The notes under the pieces: generated by a model | Told to the model about the DNA's origin: nothing | Databases searched by the model: none | What the model saw: the letters and a program-made list of their open reading frames with translations, nothing else | Program-made: the position numbers and the translations under genes | NCBI RefSeq assembly: GCF_988243305.1 | Contig: NZ_OZ547136.1 | DNA length: 64,000 nucleotides | Strand: one strand, 5' to 3' | Shown: positions 11,116 to 20,889 of the stretch, piece by piece | How the letters are laid out: each line of letters opens with the position of its first letter | How positions within the stretch are numbered: the first letter of the stretch is position 1

Positions 11116-12009
11116 TCACCTGAGAGCATTCAGCAGATGAATACGAAAGTTACGCGCAGCCGGACTTTGTTCATGGTGTTTCGGCCAGACCAACCACATT
11201 TCAGAAACCGCATCCTCTTCAGCAATCGGCACCCAGCGCATTTCGTTGAGCTGAACACGTTTAAATGACGCAGGCAAAATTGAAACACCCAGACCAGCGG
11301 AAACCAGACCGATGATGGTCATTGCCTCACCCACCTCCTGAGTGATGACGGGCGTCAAATTGTAACGTCGCATCAGCCCGAGAATATCGTCATACAGCCC
11401 TGTCCCTACGTGCGGATCAAAAAAGACAAAGGGTTCTTTCGCCAGTTCAGCCAGCGTTACACTCGGATTATTTGCCAGGGGATGATCGTGCGGGATCATC
11501 GCCATAAGCGGTTCATGGACGATGACTGCGTGTTCAAGCGTCTCCGGTAACGCTGTGTTACGCAGCAATCCCATATCCAGCGTTCCTTCAATGAGCGGAG
11601 CGATTTGCTCGCGAGTGTTCATTTCGCGGGTTTGTAAATGGACATCGGGATAATCACGGCGAAACAGCGATAACGTATCGGACACCGCCCGAATAAAAGG
11701 AGCGGACGAAGTAAAACCAATGCGCAACTCCCCCGCTTCACCCTGATGCAGTCTTTCAGCGCGAGCGGCAGCGTCATCCACCATAGACAGGATTTGCCGA
11801 CTATCTGCAAGAAACTGTTTTCCTGCTGCCGTCAGCAATACACTGCGATTAGTTCGTGCCAGCAGTCGGGCACCAATTTGTTGCTCCAGCGCCTGAATCT
11901 GCTGACTTAGCGGCGGTTGCGAAATATTCAGGCGGGCAGCGGCGCGCCCGAAATGCAGCTCTTCTGCAACAGCAACAAAGTAACGCAGATGACGAAGTTC
12001 AATATTCAT
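11116..12009 (-). CDS. ynfL: LysR-family transcriptional regulator
   Basis: N-terminal HTH MNIELRHLRYFVAVAEELHFGRAAARLNISQPPLSQQI typical of LysR regulators; divergent from ynfM. Confidence 0.85.
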   Translation of the reverse strand: MNIELRHLRYFVAVAEELHFGRAAARLNISQPPLSQQIQALEQQIGARLLARTNRSVLLTAAGKQFLADSRQILSMVDDAAARAERLHQGEAGELRIGFTSSAPFIRAVSDTLSLFRRDYPDVHLQTREMNTREQIAPLIEGTLDMGLLRNTALPETLEHAVIVHEPLMAMIPHDHPLANNPSVTLAELAKEPFVFFDPHVGTGLYDDILGLMRRYNLTPVITQEVGEAMTIIGLVSAGLGVSILPASFKRVQLNEMRWVPIAEEDAVSEMWLVWPKHHEQSPAARNFRIHLLNALR

Positions 12010-12115
12010 ATTTAAAACATCTTATTTGAGATTATTAATATATTAGACAGAACAATTCGATTTTCCTAATCTATTCATAAGCCTGATCCACAGGCATATT
12101 TAGCAAGGATTTCAA

Positions 12116-13369
12116 GTGAGCCGTACTACAACTGTTGATGGCGCTCCGGCAAGCGACACTGACAAGCAAAGCATTTCTCAGCCAAATCAATTTATTAAAC
12201 GCGGTACGCCGCAATTTATGCGCGTCACCCTGGCGCTGTTCTCTGCCGGACTGGCAACCTTCGCACTTCTCTATTGTGTGCAACCTATCCTTCCGGTGCT
12301 TTCGCAGGAGTTTGGCTTAACGCCCGCGAACAGTAGTATTTCACTGTCCATTTCCACGGCGATGTTGGCTATCGGTTTGCTGTTTACTGGCCCGTTATCC
12401 GATGCCATTGGTCGCAAACCAGTGATGGTCACGGCGCTACTGTTGGCCTCCATTTGTACGTTACTTTCGACAATGATGACCAGCTGGCACGGCATTTTGA
12501 TTATGCGCGCCTTGATTGGGCTTTCGTTAAGTGGCGTAGCAGCTGTTGGCATGACTTATCTTAGCGAGGAAATCCACCCCAGTTTCGTGGCCTTTTCGAT
12601 GGGATTGTATATCAGCGGCAACTCAATTGGCGGCATGAGCGGACGCTTAATTAGCGGTGTCTTCACGGACTTTTTCAACTGGCGAATTGCGCTGGCGGCA
12701 ATCGGTTGTTTCGCGCTGGCCTCGGCGTTAATGTTCTGGAAAATCCTCCCTGAATCACGCCATTTTCGCCCGACTTCGCTGCGACCTAAGACGTTGTTTA
12801 TCAACTTTCGTCTGCACTGGCGTGACCGGGGATTACCGTTATTGTTCGCAGAAGGCTTTTTGCTGATGGGGTCGTTCGTCACGCTGTTTAATTACATCGG
12901 CTATCGGTTGATGCTCTCCCCCTGGCATGTCAGCCAGGCCGTGGTTGGCTTATTATCGCTGGCTTATTTGACCGGTACATGGAGCTCACCCAAAGCCGGA
13001 ACCATGACCACCCGCTATGGGCGCGGTCCGGTGATGTTGTTTTCGACGGGGGTTATGCTGTTTGGTTTACTGATGACCTTATTTAGCTCGCTGTGGCTGA
13101 TCTTTGCCGGAATGTTACTCTTCTCAGCCGGATTCTTCGCAGCCCACTCAGTAGCCAGCAGCTGGATCGGCCCCCGCGCAAAACGCGCTAAAGGCCAGGC
13201 CTCCTCGCTGTATCTGTTCAGTTACTATCTGGGGTCGAGTATTGCCGGGACGCTGGGTGGTGTTTTCTGGCATAACTATGGCTGGAACGGCGTCGGCACA
13301 TTTATTGCTCTGATGCTGGTCATTGCTCTGCTGGTCGGGACGCGTTTGCATCGTCGTCTGCACGCCTGA
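12116..13369 (+). CDS. ynfM: MFS-superfamily transporter
   Basis: 417-aa 12-TM-type hydrophobic protein; divergent from the LysR gene. Confidence 0.85.
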   Translation: MSRTTTVDGAPASDTDKQSISQPNQFIKRGTPQFMRVTLALFSAGLATFALLYCVQPILPVLSQEFGLTPANSSISLSISTAMLAIGLLFTGPLSDAIGRKPVMVTALLLASICTLLSTMMTSWHGILIMRALIGLSLSGVAAVGMTYLSEEIHPSFVAFSMGLYISGNSIGGMSGRLISGVFTDFFNWRIALAAIGCFALASALMFWKILPESRHFRPTSLRPKTLFINFRLHWRDRGLPLLFAEGFLLMGSFVTLFNYIGYRLMLSPWHVSQAVVGLLSLAYLTGTWSSPKAGTMTTRYGRGPVMLFSTGVMLFGLLMTLFSSLWLIFAGMLLFSAGFFAAHSVASSWIGPRAKRAKGQASSLYLFSYYLGSSIAGTLGGVFWHNYGWNGVGTFIALMLVIALLVGTRLHRRLHA

Positions 13370-13792
13370 AAAATAAGTCCGGACTGCGGTAAATACCCAT
13401 CCGGACTTATTGCCTGCTCAAACCAACGTTAATAGCCATCCTAAAATAGACGAAGCGCCAGCCAATTCCCGCAGCGCATCTAGTGTCATCAGGATTATAA
13501 GTACCCAAATAAACGGATTCATTTTGCTGTGTGTCATTTATTACTGATGCGCAGTTATTCTACCGCTTTGTAAGTAGTAAAATAGTTAACCCGATCAAGA
13601 CTACTATTATTGGTAGCTAAATTTCCCTTAAGTCACAATACGTTATTATCAACGCTGTAATTTATTCAGCGTTTGTACATATCGTTACACGCTGAAACCA
13701 ACCACTCACGGAAGTCTGCCATTCCCAGGGATATAGTTATTTCAACGGCCCCGCAGTGGGGTTAAATGAAAAAACAAATTGAGGGTATGACA

Positions 13793-14101
13793 ATGAAAAA
13801 AGTATTAGCTCTGGTTGTTGCCGCTGCTATGGGTCTGTCTTCTGCTGCCTTTGCTGCAGAGACTGCGACCACACCTGCTCCGACTGCGACGACCACCAAA
13901 GCAGCGCCGGCGAAAACCACACATCATAAAAAACAGCATAAAGCAGCACCTGCCCAGAAAGCGCAGGCGGCTAAAAAGCATCATAAAAATGCCAAAGCTG
14001 AACAGAAAGCTCCTGAACAAAAAGCGCAGGCAGCGAAGAAACACGCCAAGAAACACAGCCATCAGCAACCGGCAAAACCTGCTGCACAACCCGCAGCGTA
14101 A
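13793..14101 (+). CDS. asr: Acid shock protein (periplasmic, Lys/Ala/His-rich)
   Basis: Signal peptide [21 protein letters not shown] followed by low-complexity KAAPA/KKHHK repeats; start at the internal Met of track ORF 13766..14101. Confidence 0.85.
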   Translation: MKKVLALVVAAAMGLSSAAFAAETATTPAPTATTTKAAPAKTTHHKKQHKAAPAQKAQAAKKHHKNAKAEQKAPEQKAQAAKKHAKKHSHQQPAKPAAQPAA

Positions 14102-14193
14102 GTTATCAATAGTAATGCTGGCGCGCCCCCTCGCGCCTGAAAATTACGGTGCTAAGCGGATAACGTTTAGCACCGCCTTTAGCGGAGGGTAGT

Positions 14194-14277
14194 ATGGTGG
14201 GCCGTTATCGCTTTGAGTTCATTCTTATCATCCTTATTTTATGCGCACTGATTGCCGCCCGTTTTTATCTTTCCTGA
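14194..14277 (+). CDS. ydgU: Small hydrophobic protein (27 aa)
   Basis: ATG 14194 to TGA 14275-14277 encodes MVGRYRFEFILIILILCALIAARFYLS; too short for the ORF track. Confidence 0.5.
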   Translation: MVGRYRFEFILIILILCALIAARFYLS

Positions 14278-14376
14278 TCGTAGTTATCTGATTTTACTCC
14301 CACTTTCATCCCGTCCCGTCTATAGTATTTATGAGGGTTTGCTTTTAATAATCATAATTACCCACCAGAGTGTGAT

Positions 14377-15198
14377 ATGCGTACAACCATTGCTGTAGTG
14401 TTGGGTGCAATTAGTTTGACGTCTGCTTTTGTGTTTGCAGATAAACCAGACGTTGCCAAATCGGCAAACGATGAGGTCAGCACCCTGTTTTTTGGTCATG
14501 ATGATCGTGTGCCAGTGAATGACACGACCCAATCACCGTGGGATGCGGTTGGCCAACTGGAAACGGCCAGCGGCAATTTATGTACGGCGACGCTGATTGC
14601 ACCCAATCTGGCATTAACGGCAGGACACTGTTTATTGACGCCGCCAAAGGGTAAAGCCGATAAAGCGGTAGCGCTGCGTTTCGTGTCAAATAAAGGTCTT
14701 TGGCGCTATGAGATCCACGACATAGAAGGCCGCGTTGATCCGACACTGGGAAAGCGGTTAAAAGCAGATGGGGATGGTTGGATTGTTCCTCCCGCAGCTG
14801 CGCCGTGGGACTTCGGTTTGATTGTGCTACGTAATCCCCCTTCTGGCATTACACCGTTGCCGTTATTTGAGGGAGATAAAGCCGCGCTTACCGCCGCATT
14901 AAAATCGGCTGGCCGTAAAGTGACTCAGGCAGGATACCCTGAAGATCATCTCGATACGTTGTACAGTCATCAAAACTGTGAAGTGACTGGCTGGGCGCAA
15001 ACGTCGGTGATGTCACATCAGTGCGATACCTTGCCGGGTGACAGCGGTTCGCCTCTGATGTTGCATACCAATGACGGCTGGCAATTAATTGGGGTGCAAA
15101 GTTCGGCTCCTGCCGCGAAAGATCGCTGGCGCGCCGATAACCGGGCCATTTCTGTTACCGGTTTTCGCGACAAGCTGGATCAACTGTCGCAAAAATAA
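14377..15198 (+). CDS. ydgD: Secreted trypsin-like serine peptidase
   Basis: Signal peptide; TAGHC and GDSGSP catalytic motifs. Confidence 0.85.
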   Translation: MRTTIAVVLGAISLTSAFVFADKPDVAKSANDEVSTLFFGHDDRVPVNDTTQSPWDAVGQLETASGNLCTATLIAPNLALTAGHCLLTPPKGKADKAVALRFVSNKGLWRYEIHDIEGRVDPTLGKRLKADGDGWIVPPAAAPWDFGLIVLRNPPSGITPLPLFEGDKAALTAALKSAGRKVTQAGYPEDHLDTLYSHQNCEVTGWAQTSVMSHQCDTLPGDSGSPLMLHTNDGWQLIGVQSSAPAAKDRWRADNRAISVTGFRDKLDQLSQK

Positions 15199-15236
15199 TG
15201 TTCAAACGCTGCCCGACAGTGCGGGCAGCGTGTTCA

Positions 15237-15566
15237 TCAGGCAAGTTTCACCATGATCATTCCAGCCAACAGCAAGACCAGGCCAATCCAGCCTTTACGA
15301 TTTAACCGTTGACCAAACAAGATCCAACCTGCGGCTAACGTGGCGGCAATACCAAACCCGCCCCACAATGCATAAGCGACAGACAAGTCGATCCCTTTAA
15401 CGGCCTGAGAAAGCGCACTAAAGGCAGCCAGCACCGCCGCCAGGGAGAGCAAGCCAAATATTTTGCGACGAAAGCCGTCAGAAAATTTCAAAAAAACGTT
15501 AGCAACGATTTCCAGCACGATTGCCAATGCCAGCCAGGCGGCGTGAACCCATTCAAACTGCGCCAT
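15237..15566 (-). CDS. mdtI: SMR-family spermidine export protein subunit
   Basis: 109-aa 4-TM protein; overlapping gene pair with mdtJ. Confidence 0.9.
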
Positions 15567-15918
15567 GGTTCACCTCCAGTTCAGGTTTACGCGCTTTACG
15601 GGTACCTGATTTGATCAATACAATCCCGGCCACCAGGGTGGTTAACCCGGCAATTTTCATCAGCGATAAACTTTCGTCGAATAACAAAACGCTAAACAAG
15701 GTAATAAATAAAATACCGATACCTTCCCACAGCGCATAAGCCACGCCTAAGGCGATTTTTTTAACGGCGAAAGAGAGAAATATATACGACAGAGAAATCA
15801 TCACCAGCATTAAAATAAAGCCGCCATTTCCCTCACTGACGCTCGCCCATTTCATTGACAGCGTACCGGTAATTTCCGTAGCAATAGCCAGGCCTAATAA
15901 AATCCAATAAATATACAT
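15553..15918 (-). CDS. mdtJ: SMR-family spermidine export protein subunit
   Basis: 121-aa 4-TM protein overlapping mdtI start. Confidence 0.9.
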
Positions 15919-16329
15919 TGTCCTTCTCCTGCAAGAGAATTATTTTAATTTTCGCTTATTTCAGCGAAACCAAAGTAAAGTGGTCAAGCCCCGCGCATAG
16001 CGCAAGCTTAGGCAGAAGAAAGGACTAAAGCGCGTTGCGCCAGTGCTGCTCACCTACGAGCAAGATAGTGGATGAGGTACGAAGATGGGTAAATGTAGAA
16101 AATAACGTCCTGAACAAATTGTCCATAATATTACAATTATCCGCAGTGTTGCTTCTCGTCATCGCGGATGATAATTGTCCTCGGTAGTTGAACACGCCTG
16201 ATTTGTATCATAGCTTAAGAATTAACTCAAAATATTTTCACTTCTTTACCTGAGCAGTTTGATTTTCGTTATGATGACGGAGCGAAAAAGACATTATTAT
16301 TAGCAAAGGAAGAAAAAACGGGGACAAGC

Positions 16330-16466
16330 ATGGCAAAGCCGATCATCACGCTCAATGGCCTAAAAATCGTCATTATGTTGGGAATGCTGGTCATTATTCT
16401 CTGCGGTATCCGTTTTGCCGCCGAGATCATCGTGCCGTTTATTCTCGCATTATTTATTGCTGTTAT
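16330..16466 (+). pseudogene. tqsA: 5' fragment of the AI-2 exporter gene tqsA (first ~46 codons), interrupted by the island; the frame runs on into island sequence and stops at 16492-16494
   Basis: Encodes [45 protein letters not shown], then diverges; the rest of the gene resumes at 31796. Confidence 0.8.
16458..16466. repeat. Left copy of 9-bp direct repeat TGCTGTTAT at the island/host junction (putative att core or target duplication)
   Basis: Identical 9-mer at 31787-31795; both lie exactly where tqsA reading frame is broken and resumed. Confidence 0.65.
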
Positions 16467-17231
16467 ATATAACTTATTTCACATAACACGTTGATTTAAT
16501 TAAATAATTTTCACCGCAAAAAGTGCCAAAAATCGCAAAATGACTACACCAGTGACTACACCGTTCGGTGCACTGTATGAAACAACGTGGAACAAATAGA
16601 CACAAGAAATATACAGGCGGATCATCTTTCCAGGGGGAAGCGCACCAATTCATGAGGGGCGTTAATGTCGATATGGGGATCCCCACCTACCGGAATTTTT
16701 TTCCGGTTAAACGTTAATCAGGCTGGTGGGCTTTACCTGTTCGGTAGGTGTTATGATTATCGTAATACCTTTCCCCCAATGGGGTAAAAGCATCAACCGT
16801 AACGAAAGTCGTTATGGTTGCCACTGATACCCCAAATTTGGGTATCACGAGTAAGACCCAAAATCTGGGTGTTACTCTTACTACCCAAACTACGGGTAGT
16901 TTCCGTAGTTTCATGGTCGAGTTGCAGATCTGCAACTCCCCCATTAACCACAGGCGAATTTCCGCCTTCGGTCATTCCTTAATCATCTGCGTAATCATAA
17001 TGATTATTCAGCAAGCGCAATTTTGCACTTTGCTTAAAGTTCAGCGAGTTACCGCGCCGACTTCCTCAAATTGAGGTTTCCGAAAATATCAGCGGGTTAG
17101 CGATTAAGCTGATCATTAATTAAACTGCGAAAATTTCGTAGTTTGTGACTGTCTTTCAGGCAGCTTGTTAACAGTCCTCAGAAGCGAGGGATGTAGCCAC
17201 CCATTTTTGGTCCGTCGGGAATATCAACCAG

Positions 17232-17513
17232 TTACCGCCGCAACCGCTCCGGCTTCTTCCAGTGGTACGTTATTTTCTCCTTCTCCCGATACATCTCCAC
17301 GCGGCGACGGTAGGCCAGCAACTCAAGAACTCTGGTTCGTATGTTGCGCATATCCACGCCATTAAGTTCTATACCATCACGGCGCATCACCTCAGCAACA
17401 ACACGCGCATAGTTTTCGGCTGTCACGCTGTCCGGCTGCGTGGCCTGTTCGTCAGCCTGCTGGCTGATTCCGGCAACGCGGCGGATTAATCCCGTTATTT
17501 CGGCTTCTGTCAT
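17232..17513 (-). CDS. Hypothetical protein, last gene of the packaging operon
   Basis: 93-aa ORF immediately downstream of the large terminase on the same strand; no recognisable motif. Confidence 0.4.
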   Translation of the reverse strand: MTEAEITGLIRRVAGISQQADEQATQPDSVTAENYARVVAEVMRRDGIELNGVDMRNIRTRVLELLAYRRRVEMYREKEKITYHWKKPERLRR

Positions 17514-17526
17514 GCTGCTGACCTCA

Positions 17527-19188
17527 TTACACCCCGCTAAATTCTTCCAGTTTCTGGCGGTGGCTGTCGCTTATATCAAAAGCAAAATCCTCATGCTCTG
17601 CCTGGAATGTACCAAACGCCATCAGCGCCGCCACGCTCGGGTCTATCTTGTTCGGTGATTTTTTCTTGTTCGGCTTGATATTGGCGTTCGCGTCACTCTG
17701 CATCACGACGTTACTCATCGACCAGGACAACACCGGATCGCCACGATGCACAATCACCCTGCGGTTAACAAAAACTTCGAACGATTTCGCCGCCGGACTG
17801 AATCTGAGGTAGGTTTGCGGGAACGGCTCCACCTCAAAACCTGCCCCCTGTAATTGCGTTCTGAGATGCGTGGCGTTCCACGTATCAAAGCCCACCAGCC
17901 TGATATTAAATTTCTCCGCGTCCTGCATGATGTCATCTCTGATCCGGTCGTAATCAATGCAGTCGCCAGGCGTTGTGCGTATCCAGCCTGCTTTAGCCCA
18001 CTGACGATAGATGGCGCGGTTTTTATTGGCGGGGTTCTGTAGCTGAAATTCCGGCAGATAGTGACGGGAAACCAGCATAATGGTTTTACCGACCGGAAAG
18101 GCATAGCACACGCTGGAAATATCGCTGGTTGATGATAAGTCCAGCCCCGCGTAACACTCCTGGCCGTGTAAATCTTCCTCCGTGAACGTTCCGGCACACT
18201 CAGCCCATGCGCCGTTACCCATCCACGGGGTAGCCCCCAGGCACCAGATATTAAATCGCTTTGTCATCATCTCCACCCACTGCGACGGAATACCCCGCGC
18301 TTTCTGGATGGTTGAGGCCAGTTTTTCACGATCCACGGAAACATCAATATTAGGGTTCGCCTTTATCCACATCGCCGGATCATCAACCTCGTTTTCGTCG
18401 TCCAGTTCGTAAATCAGTACAAAAATTGAATCGTTGACCTCTTCGCCGTCCAGGATCTGGCAGCAATAATCATAGTGCTGCTTACAGGCTGAAACGACGT
18501 TACTGCCTGATGTGGTAATAGCAAATAACAGCCCTTCGGGACGTGCGCCCATCCCCAGCTCAAGCGCGGAATAAACGCCGTTATCGGGGTGCAAGTGGTA
18601 TTCGTCCACGATGGAAAGGCTGGGGTTTGTTCCCTCGATGGTTGCCGCTTTTGCTGCCAGCGGCTTTAACAGGCTGTTGCTTTTCGGGTGTATCACCTTA
18701 TGCGCCTGAATATTCACCCGCCTGCGTAACGGTCGGGATAAAAGGCACATCTGACGCGCATCATCAAAGACGATCCGCGCCTGGTCACGGCTCACCGCTG
18801 CGGTGTAAATATCCTGCTGACCGTTCTCCATAATCAGAAACCAGTTAGCCAGAATCGCGGCGGTCGTGGATTTCGCATTTTTGCGCGGCACTTCGATAAA
18901 GGCGCTCGTGTATTTGCGCCGTCCGGTGGCCTTAACCTTAAAGCCGAGGATGCACGCAAAGGCGAACTGCTGCCACGGCTCCAGCTCAATGGGTCTGCCA
19001 CGCATCGGCCCTTTTACGTGCGGGCACACCCTGGAAAAGGCAATAAACCGCTCCACAACCTCACGATCGAACGTGTAAAGGGGGCTTTCAAGGTCCGAAA
19101 AGTACCGTTTAACGGCCTGTTTCAGCCGTTTACAGGCCGGAATTTTGCCCGTTTTTACGTCTTCTGCGTACTTATTCCAGGCGGTCAA
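17527..19188 (-). CDS. Phage terminase large subunit
   Basis: 553-aa ORF with ATPase N-terminal region and nuclease C-terminal region typical of Terminase_1-type TerL; follows TerS. Confidence 0.85.
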   Translation of the reverse strand: MTAWNKYAEDVKTGKIPACKRLKQAVKRYFSDLESPLYTFDREVVERFIAFSRVCPHVKGPMRGRPIELEPWQQFAFACILGFKVKATGRRKYTSAFIEVPRKNAKSTTAAILANWFLIMENGQQDIYTAAVSRDQARIVFDDARQMCLLSRPLRRRVNIQAHKVIHPKSNSLLKPLAAKAATIEGTNPSLSIVDEYHLHPDNGVYSALELGMGARPEGLLFAITTSGSNVVSACKQHYDYCCQILDGEEVNDSIFVLIYELDDENEVDDPAMWIKANPNIDVSVDREKLASTIQKARGIPSQWVEMMTKRFNIWCLGATPWMGNGAWAECAGTFTEEDLHGQECYAGLDLSSTSDISSVCYAFPVGKTIMLVSRHYLPEFQLQNPANKNRAIYRQWAKAGWIRTTPGDCIDYDRIRDDIMQDAEKFNIRLVGFDTWNATHLRTQLQGAGFEVEPFPQTYLRFSPAAKSFEVFVNRRVIVHRGDPVLSWSMSNVVMQSDANANIKPNKKKSPNKIDPSVAALMAFGTFQAEHEDFAFDISDSHRQKLEEFSGV

Positions 19189-19528
19189 GCTCGTCCTCTT
19201 CTTCTGTTTCCGGTGGATTTTTACGGCGGCTTATCGGGTCAAAACCGAGCAAGGAGGCCATTTTTATCATCACCCTTTCAGCGTCGGATTTTGCGCTTAA
19301 TGCGGGGTTTCTGCTCTCGCCGCCCTGACTGTTAACAATGCTGAACCCGCGCGCCGCAAGGTCTGCAACGGCTTTCCGGTAAATGGAGTAGTTGACACAA
19401 TACAGTTCCAGATTGCTCCAGTCGGCGGGGGTCAGGTCTCCCCGTTCCGCAAGCTGCCGCGATTTTTCCCGCCACTGCTTCACGGCGATGTCATCCAGGT
19501 AGGCGGGGGCTTTCGGTGGTCTTGCCAT
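19172..19528 (-). CDS. Phage terminase small subunit (P27-family-like)
   Basis: 118-aa ORF with acidic C-terminus, immediately upstream of and overlapping TerL; family assignment from recall. Confidence 0.7.
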   Translation of the reverse strand: MARPPKAPAYLDDIAVKQWREKSRQLAERGDLTPADWSNLELYCVNYSIYRKAVADLAARGFSIVNSQGGESRNPALSAKSDAERVMIKMASLLGFDPISRRKNPPETEEEDELDRLE

Positions 19529-19817
19529 ACTTATTTTTTCGCCAGATTATTTTTCAAAAAATTCCCGTGCATAAAAATTTGAGGAGGCGTTCGGTGCCCG
19601 GCGGGGTCGGGTTTGTCCTGAAAACGCCCCCCACCCCGTCATACAGCCTCATCAGCGATTGCGGAAACATTCCATAACCTCGCGGTCACGGTCGGTTAAT
19701 CGCTTCGCTGTGATGCGTTCTGCGCGTCCTGACGCTTTATCTTTATGCCCTGTTTCCTGTGTCTTCCATGCGTCACGCTGCCTTATAAGTCCACGGATAA
19801 GGCGGTTTTGTTCCCGC
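19529..19817. other. Candidate cos/packaging-site region between HNH endonuclease and TerS
   Basis: 289-bp intergenic gap with G+C-rich tracts (GGTGCCCGGCGGGGTCGGG, CGCCCCCCACCCCG); location inferred by analogy with HK97-type HNH-dependent cos phages. Confidence 0.3.
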
Positions 19818-20258
19818 TCATTCATCAGCGTCATACATCCAGTTATTGCGGTTAGCGGACCGTTCTTCCTCTTCACGAAATCCACCTGCGGCACGCTTGC
19901 TTTTTGTTGCCGGATCAAGCCATTTCGTTTTCTGGTTATGACACGCCTGACACAATGGCTGATGGTTCCATTCGGGCCAGAAGAGAACATCATCGCCGCC
20001 ATCGATGGGGATAATGTGATCCACCACCACGGCGGGCGTATATATCCCCTTCTCAAGGCATCGCACGCATAACGGGTTTTTACTCAGATACATGGCGCGG
20101 TATTTGTCCCACTGTCTGGAGTACCCACGCGCGCGGCGGTGTCCTCGTCTGGCATCCTCTGCACGCCATGCCGCCCGCCTGTGCTCCTCACACTTACCGG
20201 ACTTAACGCGCCTGTTACAGCCTGGTTCTGTACATCGTCTTAATGGTTGCCACGGCAT
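19818..20258 (-). CDS. HNH endonuclease
   Basis: Cys-rich N-terminus (CTEPGCNRR...CEEH) and VVDHIIP...NHQPLCQACHNQKT HNH motif; sits immediately upstream of terS. Confidence 0.8.
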   Translation of the reverse strand: MPWQPLRRCTEPGCNRRVKSGKCEEHRRAAWRAEDARRGHRRARGYSRQWDKYRAMYLSKNPLCVRCLEKGIYTPAVVVDHIIPIDGGDDVLFWPEWNHQPLCQACHNQKTKWLDPATKSKRAAGGFREEEERSANRNNWMYDADE

Positions 20259-20554
20259 CAGTACACCCCCACATCACGGTAAGCCGTCCAGAGTGCGCCT
20301 ATCGTCATGGGTACGCGCGTTTTTGCGTTATCCGCGACAATCTGGCGATTTTCATACAGGTGAGCGATAAACATCATGCAGCCAATCTTTATGGCTGGCG
20401 TGAACTCCAGCCCGTCATCAAAGCGCCTGCCTATGTGTATCTGGCACGCCTCAAGCGATGCGGCAATGTATCCGCTGATTAACTGGTCTTCATCGTCGCC
20501 ATCGATGCGGCAATGGAGTTTCACTTCTTCCAGGGTGATAAGTTCTTCTGTCAT
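20258..20554 (-). CDS. Phage gp6-like head-tail connector protein
   Basis: 98-aa ORF MTEELITLEEVKLHCRIDGDDEDQLISGYIAAS... resembling the gp6-like connector family; within the head module. Confidence 0.6.
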   Translation of the reverse strand: MTEELITLEEVKLHCRIDGDDEDQLISGYIAASLEACQIHIGRRFDDGLEFTPAIKIGCMMFIAHLYENRQIVADNAKTRVPMTIGALWTAYRDVGVY

Positions 20555-20889
20555 TTTTCCGCGCCCTCACGACAAAGAATTTCAAGGCGTGTCCTGGCGG
20601 CATCCGGCAACGGTTGCCCGATGATATTCAGTACACGCCCCGCCAGCGGCCCTGTATTGACCTTTATCCGACTGGTGGCGTTGATGTCCTTCCGGTAGCG
20701 TATCCATATCCTTACCGTTCCAGTCGCCAGCTCTGCACCTGATGAAATGGCCTCCTTGCTGCTGATCATGTTCACGCTTGCCCAGAGTGTGTGACCGTCC
20801 ACCCACGTTTCGAGTATTTCGCCGGTTATATCCCTGGTCTGTTTCAGGGTCTGAATCGTTACCCTGTCACGCAGTCGCCCTATGTTCAT
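20551..20889 (-). CDS. Phage head closure / head-tail joining protein
   Basis: Start taken at MNIGRLRDRVTIQ, overlapping the portal stop by 4 nt; resembles head-tail joining family. Confidence 0.6.
   Translation of the reverse strand: MNIGRLRDRVTIQTLKQTRDITGEILETWVDGHTLWASVNMISSKEAISSGAELATGTVRIWIRYRKDINATSRIKVNTGPLAGRVLNIIGQPLPDAARTRLEILCREGAEK

Noticed and set aside
13805-14192. Antisense and alternate-frame ORFs within asr (13805..14089 and 13815..14192)
   Set aside because: Products of the low-complexity repeat region of asr; the acid shock protein frame is the one with a signal peptide and recognisable sequence.
16474-17074. Several 60-90-aa ORFs in the island left-end region
   Set aside because: No ribosome-binding sites, mutually overlapping, random-looking composition; the region is better explained as structured non-coding DNA.
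19652-20056. 134-aa minus-strand ORF overlapping the HNH endonuclease gene
   Set aside because: Out of frame with the well-supported HNH ORF (clear HNH motif) and extending into the putative cos region; probably spurious.
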